DNA of 64,000 bases from Setoptus koraiensis (lineage: Eukaryota; Animalia; Arthropoda), in NCBI GenBank assembly GCA_048013815.1, contig CM106585.1:9982001-10046000 (forward strand), read 5' to 3'. Every line of letters begins with the position of its first letter. Within the stretch, counting starts at the first letter, position 1. Both the position numbers and the translations under genes were made by a program. Below are positions 37,273 to 48,674 of this stretch, piece after piece. The notes beneath the pieces are model-generated. The model was not told where the DNA came from, searched no databases, and worked only from the letters and a program-made list of their open reading frames with translations.

Positions 37273-40200
37273 TGTCTTGCGACTATCAACGACAACAACC
37301 GCAACTAAATCGATTTGTACGCATTCTTTTCCGCTCACATTGGCCCGATATTTTCACTGGCTGGCACATTACATAATAAGCACACTTTACTCACTTGTGC
37401 TTGTGCAGCTCGTAATCGCATAGCGTATGATAGTACAGTAGTATGATGTAATAGCTTGCACACACTGTAATAGCGTGCACAATACAGCCGGCACAAACCC
37501 AAAAACTGTGCGCCGGTGAACAGTGTGACTGTCGCTCGCAACAGAGCGACGAGGCCAAATTGTGTGTGTGTGTGTGAAGATGGCCGGCGAAGATGAAATT
37601 GGTCACAGTGCGCAACACCGATTTGCTCGTTGTGTGCTCGCTGCTCGGCTCACAACGAGCGCCAACGACAGACGGCAAAAGAATGGTGCGCCGCTCGGCG
37701 GACAGGTGAGCCAACAATAATAAATATGTTGGTTATGTAAGTTGTTTAATGGCACTTGAGCAGCGCAACAACATTAGCGCGCAGAGACAACTAACTGGCA
37801 ACGGCAACCTGTTGACTGGCTTAAAATTGTTCGCCAATCAACAACTGATCAAACTGATCAGCAGAGTTTGCGGCCGCCTTGCCACTGTCACTGTCTGGGC
37901 CGGGGTATTGGAAGCGCCGGAAATGCGGTGAGAAATGGCGATATTGTTTGTGATTGTTGCAGCGGCACAATGGCCAGCTGATCGAGCTGCTGGTTGCGGG
38001 CTGGCCAGAAGCTGGCTGCGAGATCATTAATCAAGATGGCGCCATCAACGGTTGCGCAAAGAGAGCGAGAGATTAATTACGCAATAATACGGCATCGTGT
38101 CATGAGTCATGACGGCCATGTTGTCTTGTTGCGCTTGCACTTGTGTTGCCAGTTGCAAGTTGCAACTGGCAACACAACGCTCACGGTGCATGCGAGACAG
38201 ACAGAACAGAGCCATCTATTACAATAATAATAATAATAATAATAATGACGAGCAGTGGTCAGCAGTGCGGCGGCGCACCATGTTACGCAACGCACACTGT
38301 TACGCAACGCACAGTGTTACACGGCGGCGCAAACTGTTACGCAACAAACAGTGGCAGAAGCACTCGAGTGGAGCGGATAAAAAGAATTATCCGTGACGAT
38401 CATGACGCTGGCCGTGATGACGGCGATCATACGCAGGAAGCCGTTCTTTGTTTGTTGGCAGCTTGTTGTGATGCTGGCCGCGGCGCTCGCGATGCCATCA
38501 GCCTAGTATCAGCGTAATATCAGTGTAATATCTGCCTGATATCTGCGTAATATCTGCGTAACATCAGTCGGTAGCGGCATCGGTGGCAGCCTCGGTAGCT
38601 GCCCGGCCGAAGTAACAAGCGCCGCGTTGGTGGTGCTCAATTAAAGACGCCGGAGCCTTGATTAAAGATGCTCATTACAAACAAAGAATAAAGGCAGCCA
38701 GTGGACAGGTAGAGGAGCTTCTTTCGGCTTCTTGGCCGTTCTGCGCCGCTCTTGGCCGTTGTTGCTGCTCACAAATGGCGCACAAATGGCGCACAAATGG
38801 CGCACAAATGGCGCACAAATGAGACGGCGCTCAAAGAGAGATCGTGACTCTCTCGTGATGCGCTTGCCATCGACGGCTCGGCCGGCCGGCCGGCCCGCGA
38901 GCTCACCTTTCGTGCGGCTAGTCAACCATTCGAGCCAACAGATACCCGCTACAGTGTACACACCAGTGGCCAGACAGATGGAGATAAGCCGGGCCAGTGT
39001 GGCCAGTTTGGCCGCTCGTTGCCGTTGCGTCACCATCGGATCGCCGAGTCTGGACAATGCGATGCGCGAACGGTGGCGGCCGGACGCAACGCTGTCCGCT
39101 GTTAGCGACAGTCACGACTGTGGCCATCGCCACAACAGAGCCACTTACGTAATAACACAAAGAGTGCCTGTTAATTATCGACGGCCATTCCTATAATGAA
39201 AAATCAAATCAGTGCTGGCCGCTACCATTAATTTGGCGCCTCTTCCCGTGACACGCGCTGCCTGTCTGTGCCATATCACCGGCACAGACAGGCCGCTCGC
39301 TCCTCTGGACACATTTCATTTAGATATATTGTATAACATCCTTCAGGCAGATATGCACAGACTTAGATGGCTGGCCTCGCGAGCCGACGTGACTGCGGGC
39401 CCGAGACTGTGCCGTTGCGAGCAGTTTTATCTGCTGATTGCGATACAACGCCGGCCAAACGCCCAGACACAGATATTACAGGTGTATAGAGATGGCGCCA
39501 CCGGCGGCCCGATCCGAGTGACCCCGATCTAATCCGCACTCTCTCTCTCTCTGGCTGAATCAGAGACTCTGATCGAGTCTATCAAGCTCATCAGTGGGAT
39601 AAGATCAGGCCAGCGGAGGGGATCAGTGCCAGCAACTTAACATATCAGCGGCAACGCCAACCGATGACCACTACGTTAAGCGTGCTGGCCAATTGAGCTA
39701 AGTGAGCCAATTTTTGCAGTTAATTCCTCAGTTAGTTAGACGGCCAGACGGCGCAAGTTTGCTAACATCTGGCCAGAGCATTGCGAGAACTGACCATTGT
39801 CGCTTCAATGTTCGTTTAGTGTCTAATCATGATAATAATAATGCACTCGCAACAACAACGACAGCAGCAGCGGCAACCGTGTGCTGTTGTTGTTGCCGAA
39901 TAACACCTGAGGCCATGCAGAAAAAATGATATATGCAAATGATTATCATGTTGAGCGGTGTGCGGAGAGAAGATGCGAGAATCGGCCAAAAAGAAGCTTC
40001 GCTTTCGGCCGGCCAGACCAACGAGACCAGCGAGACCAGCGAGACCAACGAGACCAATGCGACCGATGAGACCAATGGCAAACGGCGGCCAGTGGCAATT
40101 GCAAATTTGTTGACTTGTTTACTGAGTGTGTCATCTCTTTGTTTTTGCTCTCTCTCTCTCTCCAAATTGGCAATTCCAATTTCGGTGGCTGCAAATTGTT

Positions 40201-42412
40201 GCTTGCAAGCCAATCAGCCCATTGCAGCCAGCGCCAACAGGTAGCAACCGGCGACAGCCGGCCGAGCCGTCGGACAGTCGGATAATTTATTGTTGGATGG
40301 GCCTTAAATCTCAATTGCAATCAATTTGATCCAATTTGTGCGCTCTCACTGGTTCATCTCGCTGCTGCGAGTCAAACAGTTTGACTCGCAACAGATCAGC
40401 AGATAACAAATTGATAACATATTGATCGCAGTTGCATAATATATTATGTTTATGATAGTTTTATAATAGTTGATCGAGTGAGCCAATGTTTGTTTGTGCT
40501 GCGCAAACAAACAAACATTGGCTCACTCGTTCCTCGGCTTGCTCTTGCGCCACCTTCCGGCGGTTCGAGCCGTCGTGCGTTGGGGTATCGGTTGTATTTA
40601 TTCTGGTTTGTTGTTTATTGTTCGCCACAATGCCCATGTCGCTGTCGCGTCCTGCTCCTCACACTGGGTCCGAGCTGGTCGGGCTGGTCGGGCCGGTCGG
40701 GCCGGTCGGGCTGGTCGGGCTAGTCGAGCTAGTCGAGCTAGTTGGGCCGAGTTAGTGAGAGGCCGCGTCGGGCGCATCCGGTTCGGGCCAGTTTCCAGGG
40801 ATGAGCATGATAAGTGTGGCCTATAATTGGGCCAGTAACTGCAACGGTTGACTGTTGCTCGCAACATGGCGAGATTGCACAATCTGCGAGTGGCGAAATT
40901 GCACTTGCAATTGTCAGTCGGCTTGGCATGCCATCGCGTATAATTACGTAACATTGGCAATCAACATTCACAAGTGTGTGTGTGTTGTTGGGCATTGCGA
41001 GATGAGTGGTAGTTGTTTGCAGTTGACCAGCCCGCCAGGTAGCGCTAACAGAGTCGATTAGCTAGCCAGTTGGTGGTCTGTCAGGCGACTAATGAACTAC
41101 TAATTATTTATTTGCTATCGCCGTTTAATCTGCGCACTGTCGAGTCACTGATGGCGTCGCCAACAATATTTACAGTATGCGCGCAATGTGCACAATTGCA
41201 CATTTTGCGCCAAATCCGGCACAACAGTGTGCAAATAGCCAGTTGTGAAATGGCAGCCAGCAGTACAAACAGATCGGGTCCCGCGACACGCATCCGTTTG
41301 CGGCCGTGCGCATCGCCGGCCGTCGGCCGTCGGTCAGCGACAGCCCGCACAGTCGGACAAAATGGCAAGCTCCTGGAATGTGCGCTGCAACGGAGTGGGG
41401 TCAATATTATGTAATTGTGAATATATTGTAATTGGCCTCACCCAAATATATGCAAATTGGCCCGAGTGGCGTTTTCAAGTGTGCGCGTCGCTGCGCACGC
41501 CGCACCGAGCCGGACAGCGAGCCGGACAGCGAGCGGCCCGTTGTGAGCGCCGTCTGGTTGGGCAAACGAGCCGGCCGGCCAACAACAAATAGCTGGCCTG
41601 TTGGCTGGCTGGCTGGCTGGCGACGACAGAGAAAGTGGCCGCTCGTCGCCGAGTGAATCCGTTGCCGGAAGAAGCAAGCGAGCGGCCGCAACGCAACGTC
41701 CGGCTCTCATACACGGCCGGACAAGTGAGTTGTTGTTTGTGATGTAAGCCAACAAAGAGATTCATATCTAATTATTGGTTGTCTACTCTCGCTCACTGTG
41801 TGCCGTGTGTCAGCGTCATTTTGAGCATCAACGCAAATATCGCCGTTCGTGCAGCTCGCCGGCCACTTGCGCCGAGCGCATTACGTGATAAATATATATA
41901 TCGTCATGTATCGTCATGTATCGTCATGTATCGTTACGTAACGTTGTGCCGGACGGCAGCCGCTGGCGGCGAGCCGCGGCAAATTGCTGGTGGCAGACAA
42001 CAAGATCAATAGGTTGTGGTCAGGCCGAGCTCGATCGGCTGACACGGCAACTGGGCCAGTTTGATTGTTTGCTGCGCTCCTTTGTCTCATTTTGCCAGAT
42101 TTGCGCCAACCAAATCAGTGGAGAGTCGCCGGCCAGTGGGATATTCGGCGATCGCATCTCTTTTCGGCTTGTGTCCGCTCGCTTCGCCCGGCCCGCGCCG
42201 ACCGCCAGCTATCCGACCGCCAGCTATCCGACCGCCAGTTATCCGACCGCCGACTATCCGACTGCAAATTATCCGACTGCAAATTGTGCGACGGCCGGCG
42301 CATGATTTCGCGCCGTCAGCTTGCCGATAATGCCGAACCACGGCAACCAGTCGGGCAAGCACCTGAGATGCCGGGCAGTTGTTGCCGTGGTTGCATCATC
42401 AACTGTCCTCGC

Positions 42413-42455
<43 letters not shown>

Positions 42456-43816
42456 CGCAACACAAAGTGGCTTGCGTAACAGTTGCGAGCATAACAGTAA
42501 TAGATGCACGGCCACATCATGTTGGCCGATTGACCAATTGCTCATCATCAATACATTGATTGATGATGATGATCGCGGCCGCCGCAACAGGCTGCCAACA
42601 GCGCTACAATTATCTGCTATCTGCCGATTTATCTGCCACGCCGGCATGCAAATGGGCGCATAGCCGCCGCCGCTTCCTGTGTCCACTTTCGCGAATCGCG
42701 AGGCTCCCCCATTGTCGCCCCGGCCATTGAGCGATGATCGCAATCGCCGACTGGTGGCCATCGCTGAACGATCGCGATGATCCCGCCAAAGCCGCGCCAA
42801 GCCGCTCGACGGCACCAATCGAACGGTCGGACAAATCGTTTCAATCGAGCGTCTCTGTCCGCCGACGTTGCGCCGTCGCCGGCCCGACACAAACTGTCCG
42901 ACGCGGCGTCCGACGCAAACGATTCGAGTGAGTCCGAGCGAATTGTCTTGCCCAGCAGTGCTCATCCGGTGCGCTGAATCGAAGCCCGAAATTAATCGAT
43001 TTTGTTATTTTGCGACCATTGCCATTACTTTTTCGATCTTTTTGTCTGTCCGATGTTTGTTTGGTGCACCGGCTGTTTGTGCATTTGTCTCTCTCCTGTT
43101 CTGTGTGTGTGTGTTTGCTCACTGCAATCTGCCCGAAATCAAGCGAAATTTCCATCTCTCCGACAATCAGTGAGCGGCCAAACACACACTGAACAAGTCA
43201 AATATTTGTCTAGCCGCGCCGGCACAATAATTCATTGAATGCAAACAAATCGAGAAGAAAGAGCAACAAAAATTATAAAGATCTGTCGCAATCTCATCAT
43301 TTATCATCGTCAAGCCGTTTAGCTCGTTTAGCTGTTGGTTTAATACACTGTTGTTGTTTGTGAGGCAGCGGGCCGGCCGACTGTCGGCGAGCCAACAAAC
43401 TAAAACTAACCAGTGAATTGATGATGTCAGTGGGTTCAATTGCAGCCAGCCAACCACTATGACCATTACGACCATTACGACCATTATGACCATTACGACC
43501 ACTATGACAAGTGGATTGTGTTGTTGTCCCGTGCATGCTAAACTCACTGACAGTTACCTAACACCGACTAACACTTGATTAACCCACTAACCAACTGTCA
43601 GCTGACTCGGCACTATCGATCGTCACTAATCGGCAATCAATTATTATTATTGTTTAATGATGGCAACAGATGATGACGCAACTTGCCACTCGTGAGCACA
43701 ATTGAATTTTTGGGCCGTTTTGTCGCCAGTTTCGGCTGGCGCGTTATTTGCGCCGCTGGCCCCGGAATCGTGTTCGCTTTCGACGACGCGTCTATCGCGG
43801 TGTCTATCCGTCCAAT

Positions 43817-43942
43817 CTATTGCGTTTATCCGTCGAATCTATTGCGTTTATCCGTCGAATCTATTGCGTTTATCCGTCGAATCTATTGCGTTTATCCGTC
43901 GAATCTGTTGCGTTTATCCGTCGAATCTATTGCGTTTATCCG
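43817..43942. repeat. 22-bp minisatellite CTATTGCGTTTATCCGTCGAAT x5.7
   Basis: Near-identical head-to-tail copies with no spacers. Confidence 0.9.
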
Positions 43943-44620
43943 GCAGCCGCATGCGGGCGGCGTGCAACGGCGACACCCGAAAACGAGTCGTCATGCGACA
44001 AACAATGTCGCAACAATATCCGATATTCAATATCGACAAGTGCGCTCAGGTGAGTGGGTGCGTCACTGTAAATTGCAGTCTCTGTTGCCATCATTAAACA
44101 ATAATAATAATTGGACAGCCCAGTGTGTGTACGGCGACTCGGCGGCCTGGAGCCGCTCTCATTAGTGGCACTAATTTAGTGCTCAGGTGTTACCTTGTGA
44201 ATCACAAGTTGTGATCACAGTGTCATCACTTATCGGCCAATTAATCAACAATTGTGAGCCCGTTATGGTGAACAAAGGGTTCGCCAATCGAGCCAACACC
44301 GACCCACTGAACACTGTACGCCAACGCAACCAATTAGCAATGATAATGGCAAATTGACAAGAGAACATATCGAAAAATTATTAGATCATTTATCAATTTG
44401 TGCCTTTGCTCGTCGCCACCAATTTGTGTCGAGTCATTGTGGCATCACTCAACTTGCGATCGCTATGATAACTCGACTCTGCGATGACACTCGACCCAAG
44501 CTGGTGACGATGACAATGAATTTAGACGGTTCAATGCGCGATAATGCTGGCCGGACGAGCAACAAAATGGTTATTTTATAACATAACTGCCTATCTCTTT
44601 CGTGCTGTTTCTGTATCCAT

Positions 44621-44780
44621 TTTTCCGATTTCGCCAATTTAGAAAATTCTGACAATTTTGTCAGCTTCGCCAATTTAGAAAATTCTGACAATTTTGCCAG
44701 CTTCGCCAATTTCGCCAGATTCGCCAGTTTTGAAAATTTTGCCAATTTTGAAAATTCTGACAATTTCGACAATTTCGCCG
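44621..44780. repeat. Degenerate TTCGCCAATT / GAAAATTCTGACAATT tandem array
   Basis: Direct reading. Confidence 0.8.
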
Positions 44781-46486
44781 ATTTCGGCCCGTTCCAGTAG
44801 CCGTTGCAGCGACGAAAAACAATCACAAGTGACAATTGTAAGTGATGCCAAACAGCGATATCCATAAGCGACACAACAATTTGCGACTGCTAAATGAAAA
44901 GCGCGAATGAAGAAGCGCTCGAAACAAGCAACTTGATACCGACTTGATGTCGGCACAAAAGAAATCGAAACAGTTTCTGAAACAGTTTCTGAAACTGTTT
45001 CGCCAGCAGCAGCAGCCGAGAGCCAGCAAAGAAACGGACGCCATCAAATAAAACGAATAAGACAAAAAGGCAAAAAGAAAACGCTTTGTCTGGCCACTTT
45101 TTCTGACGCCACTCACTGGCCTACAAGCGAACGAACACAAACTAACGATAACATAACGATGAGAAAAAGCAACAACACATCAGGTGAGCAGTTCACCTGT
45201 CGACGTTTGTGTGTTAAACAACAACAAGTGTGTGAATGTGAGATATGGCTTGTGTTGTTAATCACAAAAGGCGAGCAACAACAACAACAATAACAATGTA
45301 GAAATGTTAATGATGATTTATATGCTGATTACGTAATCAATATAATCAGCACCATCATTAATTCATCACGACAACAGCGACAGACAGACGAGTGCCGTGA
45401 TTATGTAACAGCTAGTTACATGACAGCGGCATATCGCACCGATATTGTTCATGTGCGTCGCTGTGCGTTGCTCATCTTTGTTATGCTGTTGCTGTTTGTG
45501 TCAAATTGCGTAGGCGTTCTACTCAATGGCGCCAAGCTACTCATTATGTAACAGCGCTCATTGCATATTCAAATCTCTTATGGTTTGCTGCTGCTGATGA
45601 TGGCGTTGCCGAGATTGTTGCACTGTCCACTTGTATTGCGCAAACGGCTGTCAGCAGCCGCTGATGTAACAGCCAGCTGATGCCGGCCGATAACGACGCT
45701 CAGGTAATAGAACTGGACCAAACTAGTGGCACTTAATCTCGCATGGAATGCTATTACGTAGCTAACGTAAACAGCGGGCGGCAATTTAGGTATCAACAGG
45801 TAGCCCGTTGGGTCTTTTCGCGTCTCGTTGCGTCTATTTGGCTGTCGTCTCTTCGGCGTCTCGGCGTCTTCGCGTCTTTGCGTCTTTGCGTCTTTGCGTC
45901 TCACAAGCTCGCCTTGTCAGCTCAAGCCGATTGCTCGTCGTCGTGTTACCTGTAACAAGGCCACTAATGCCGGGAAGGGATGCAATTTGTACCAAATCAA
46001 GTTGCCGCTTTCCTTTTAATGCCATCATTTAACCATTATTAAACGGCGATACTCTCAAGGCTAACGACGATCCGCTGAGCCGTTTCACTCTCGAATGATT
46101 ACATCTCCTCCTCGCGCTCATTAGCCGCCGCTGCTCGTCGGCCCGTCCCGCTGCCTTGTCCGCGTTTCCAACAGCCCGGCATTTTTATCCATTCGCTCAT
46201 TCAAATTGTTTGGCGCCAAAATAATTGGCAGCAACTTTGATAATGATAACAATTTCGGCCCACTCACTCACCCGTCAGAGCCATTTATTATTTATTCTTC
46301 GCTTGCACACACAGCTTCCTCATATCATCCAAACTTTGCAGTTTTATCCTTCTAAAACAACGCCGATATATGCGCCAATGTGCCTGTGGTGCCTGTTACA
46401 TCATATTCTCATACCTGACAATATTGTCACAAACATTGCCATTGTGATTCTCTATTTATCTATTCAACTATCTATTCAATCATCTA

Positions 46487-46807
46487 TCAAGCTGAACTAA
46501 TCATATCTTGCAATTCCGTTTCCGTTTCCGCGCCAGAGCGCCCAACATTGAAACGACTGCTGTCGTAATTGCTGGCAGATCTTCGGGCCAATTCGTCTAG
46601 TTCGTCGCTGCCGTCTCCCCTCAAATCGGCCATTTCACTTTCGTACGAATCAAAGTCGTGTCTTCCATAAAGGTCTATGTTGTTTGGCGTGTAACTCGCC
46701 ATAAAGTTGCCACTTCCGCTTCCGACGCAAACCACTGGCCGGCTACGCGGGACCAACATTAGGCAGCAAAAGCAGCTTAGCCACAGGATTGTTGTTGGTG
46801 CTTTCAT
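46487..46807 (-). CDS. Small secreted protein / prepropeptide-like orphan, 106 aa, intronless
   Basis: AAAATG context; hydrophobic leader MKAPTTILWLSCFCCLMLV...VVCVG; acidic spacer plus GR and RR sites; tandem AATAAA downstream (46284-46289, 46291-46296). Confidence 0.6.
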   Translation of the reverse strand: MKAPTTILWLSCFCCLMLVPRSRPVVCVGSGSGNFMASYTPNNIDLYGRHDFDSYESEMADLRGDGSDELDELARRSASNYDSSRFNVGRSGAETETELQDMISSA

Positions 46808-47442
46808 TTTGAGCTTATTTATTTGTGTTATAAATTAGAAAATTACTCGCTTCTTCTAGTTCCACCGTCAAGTAACTGGCGAATCGGGCGACAATATTGT
46901 TTTGTTCAACTTTTGTACTTTGGAGACTCTCTACTGGAGTCGTCACATCTATTTTTGGTTGCTCTTCCCTTCCAGTTGAACGAAACAGTTTGAAACAGTT
47001 TGAAGCAGTTCGAAGCAGTTTGAAGCAGTTCGAAGCAGTTTGAAACAGTCCGAAATAGTTTGAAAAGAGAAAAAAATCAAAAATAGCCCCAGTTTCAATA
47101 CCAATCTCAATTTTACAGTCATAATGCCGACCCATTTCGGTGAAGAGCAAACAAACGCATTACGTGACAGCATGATAATATGCTTTATTAATACCGTGAT
47201 AGATTCTCGATTTTAAATGATTGCCTAAGGAGCATTCTGTCAACTGGTTCAGGTGCTACGAAATCACGCTCTAGTTTAATTATTACTATTAAACTGAATG
47301 ATTTTTGCACCTACGGTTAACTGCAGATATGAAATGCTGTCGCCACTACTACTCATGCCGATACGACGCCAAATTTTCCAAATGATCGCGTTTGCTGAGC
47401 ATCACCAATTTCAGCACTCAATCAATTGATTAGCGTTATTAA

Positions 47443-47919
47443 TTAATCGACGCTAGGAAGTGTCGCCAGCTTTTCTCTCAGAAAATGCCTCGGTGATTTT
47501 TGTCTCAATTCTCTCATTTGTCTCTTTATTTCGTCAAGTCTCTCCAGTACAACTTGCAGAACTTCGCTCAATCCTATCACTTGAGGTGACGCAATTTCCG
47601 AGTCGTTCTTTTGTGTGGCCTCTCTGATATCATTCACAAGGCTCCTTTTTTCTTTCGCCAATAATTTGTACTCTATTTTCAGATTCTTGATTTGTTTTTG
47701 CCTGGCCCGTATCTCGTCGCTTATTATAACGTTTGTCTTGCCTTTGACGCCAGAGGTCGCTCCCTCTGGTAGCTTAGAATTTTCCGAATGATTGCTACTG
47801 TCATCTCCGGATTTGCTACCGAAACCCAGAAATCCAGCCTCAGCTCCAACGGTTAACATAGCTGCAAAGGCGGCCGCCAGGGCCACTGTCACGAAAATAA
47901 GCCGAAATGATGATGTCAT
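47443..47919 (-). CDS. Small secreted coiled-coil orphan protein, 158 aa, intronless
   Basis: AAGATG context; clear signal peptide MTSSFRLIFVTVALAAAFAAMLTVGAEA (A-x-A cleavage); two heptad-like helices (IRARQKQIKNLKIEYKLLAKEKRSLVNDIRE; LQVVLERLDEIKRQMRELRQK); AATAAA at 47184-47189. Confidence 0.75.
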   Translation of the reverse strand: MTSSFRLIFVTVALAAAFAAMLTVGAEAGFLGFGSKSGDDSSNHSENSKLPEGATSGVKGKTNVIISDEIRARQKQIKNLKIEYKLLAKEKRSLVNDIREATQKNDSEIASPQVIGLSEVLQVVLERLDEIKRQMRELRQKSPRHFLREKLATLPSVD

Positions 47920-48388
47920 CTTTGAGATGATTTCGGTTGTTTTTATAATTAAATCGCAAATCGATTAGATTATTCTGATTGTGATAAACTATCCTTCAAA
48001 TTGTTGTAATACTGTTAATGTGTCAAAATGCGAGCCAGAAATAGCGAAGCTCCACTTATACTCATTTCGACAAACGTCACCCACCGCGGCCCATAAATAA
48101 ACATCAGAGTAGCGATTTCTACGACAAGACTGTATTCATTCACTGCATTTATTTTTGGGTTTCATACAGTCGAAAAGTGCAAAAATTCGCACCACATATA
48201 CGATTGATACACTACACGTAAGCTGGGTGTCAGTTGTGACATTATTCGCGCCACTATTCGATGTTTCGCTTCATTTTGTGCCCGAACTGGAATTTTCTTC
48301 GCAATTTTCTGCACAAATTCAAGACTAACTGCTGGCTGCGGATCAGTGGACGATGAACGATCTTTCTTCCGGTTTCTTGTCAGCCCCG

Positions 48389-48674
48389 TCAGCTCATTTG
48401 TATGCTTTTCGCGTCGGCAATTGTCGCCCGGACGGTTGCCCAGCCGACTAATTAAACAATAAACAAAATAGGCAGTTTGTTAGCCCTTTTTCATACACTG
48501 ATTTTGTCGATATTTGTGTCAACTTTGCGCAAAAAGAATTGGCGCATAAATTTGTTGCTCACTGTGACTAGATAAAGAGCTCTCTGAACTTGGTGAAAAA
48601 CAACCAATCACAGCCAACTGATGCCATAAGGATGCCAGTAACAACAAACTAATCAATGTCATATCTCTCCCCAT
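48389..48674 (-). CDS. Candidate small secreted peptide gene; exons 48674-48563 and 48447-48389 (56 aa), or unspliced 51 aa ending at 48519
   Basis: AAGATGG start; MGRDMTLISLLLLASLWHQLAVIGC signal-like leader; donor A|GTGAGC at 48562; strong acceptor TATTTTGTTTATTGTTTAATTAG| at 48448. The 115-nt intron matches the intron size of the verified genes. Confidence 0.35.

Noticed and set aside
43817-43942. CRISPR-like regular repeats
   Set aside because: Head-to-tail units with no unique spacers, no cas genes and a eukaryotic context.
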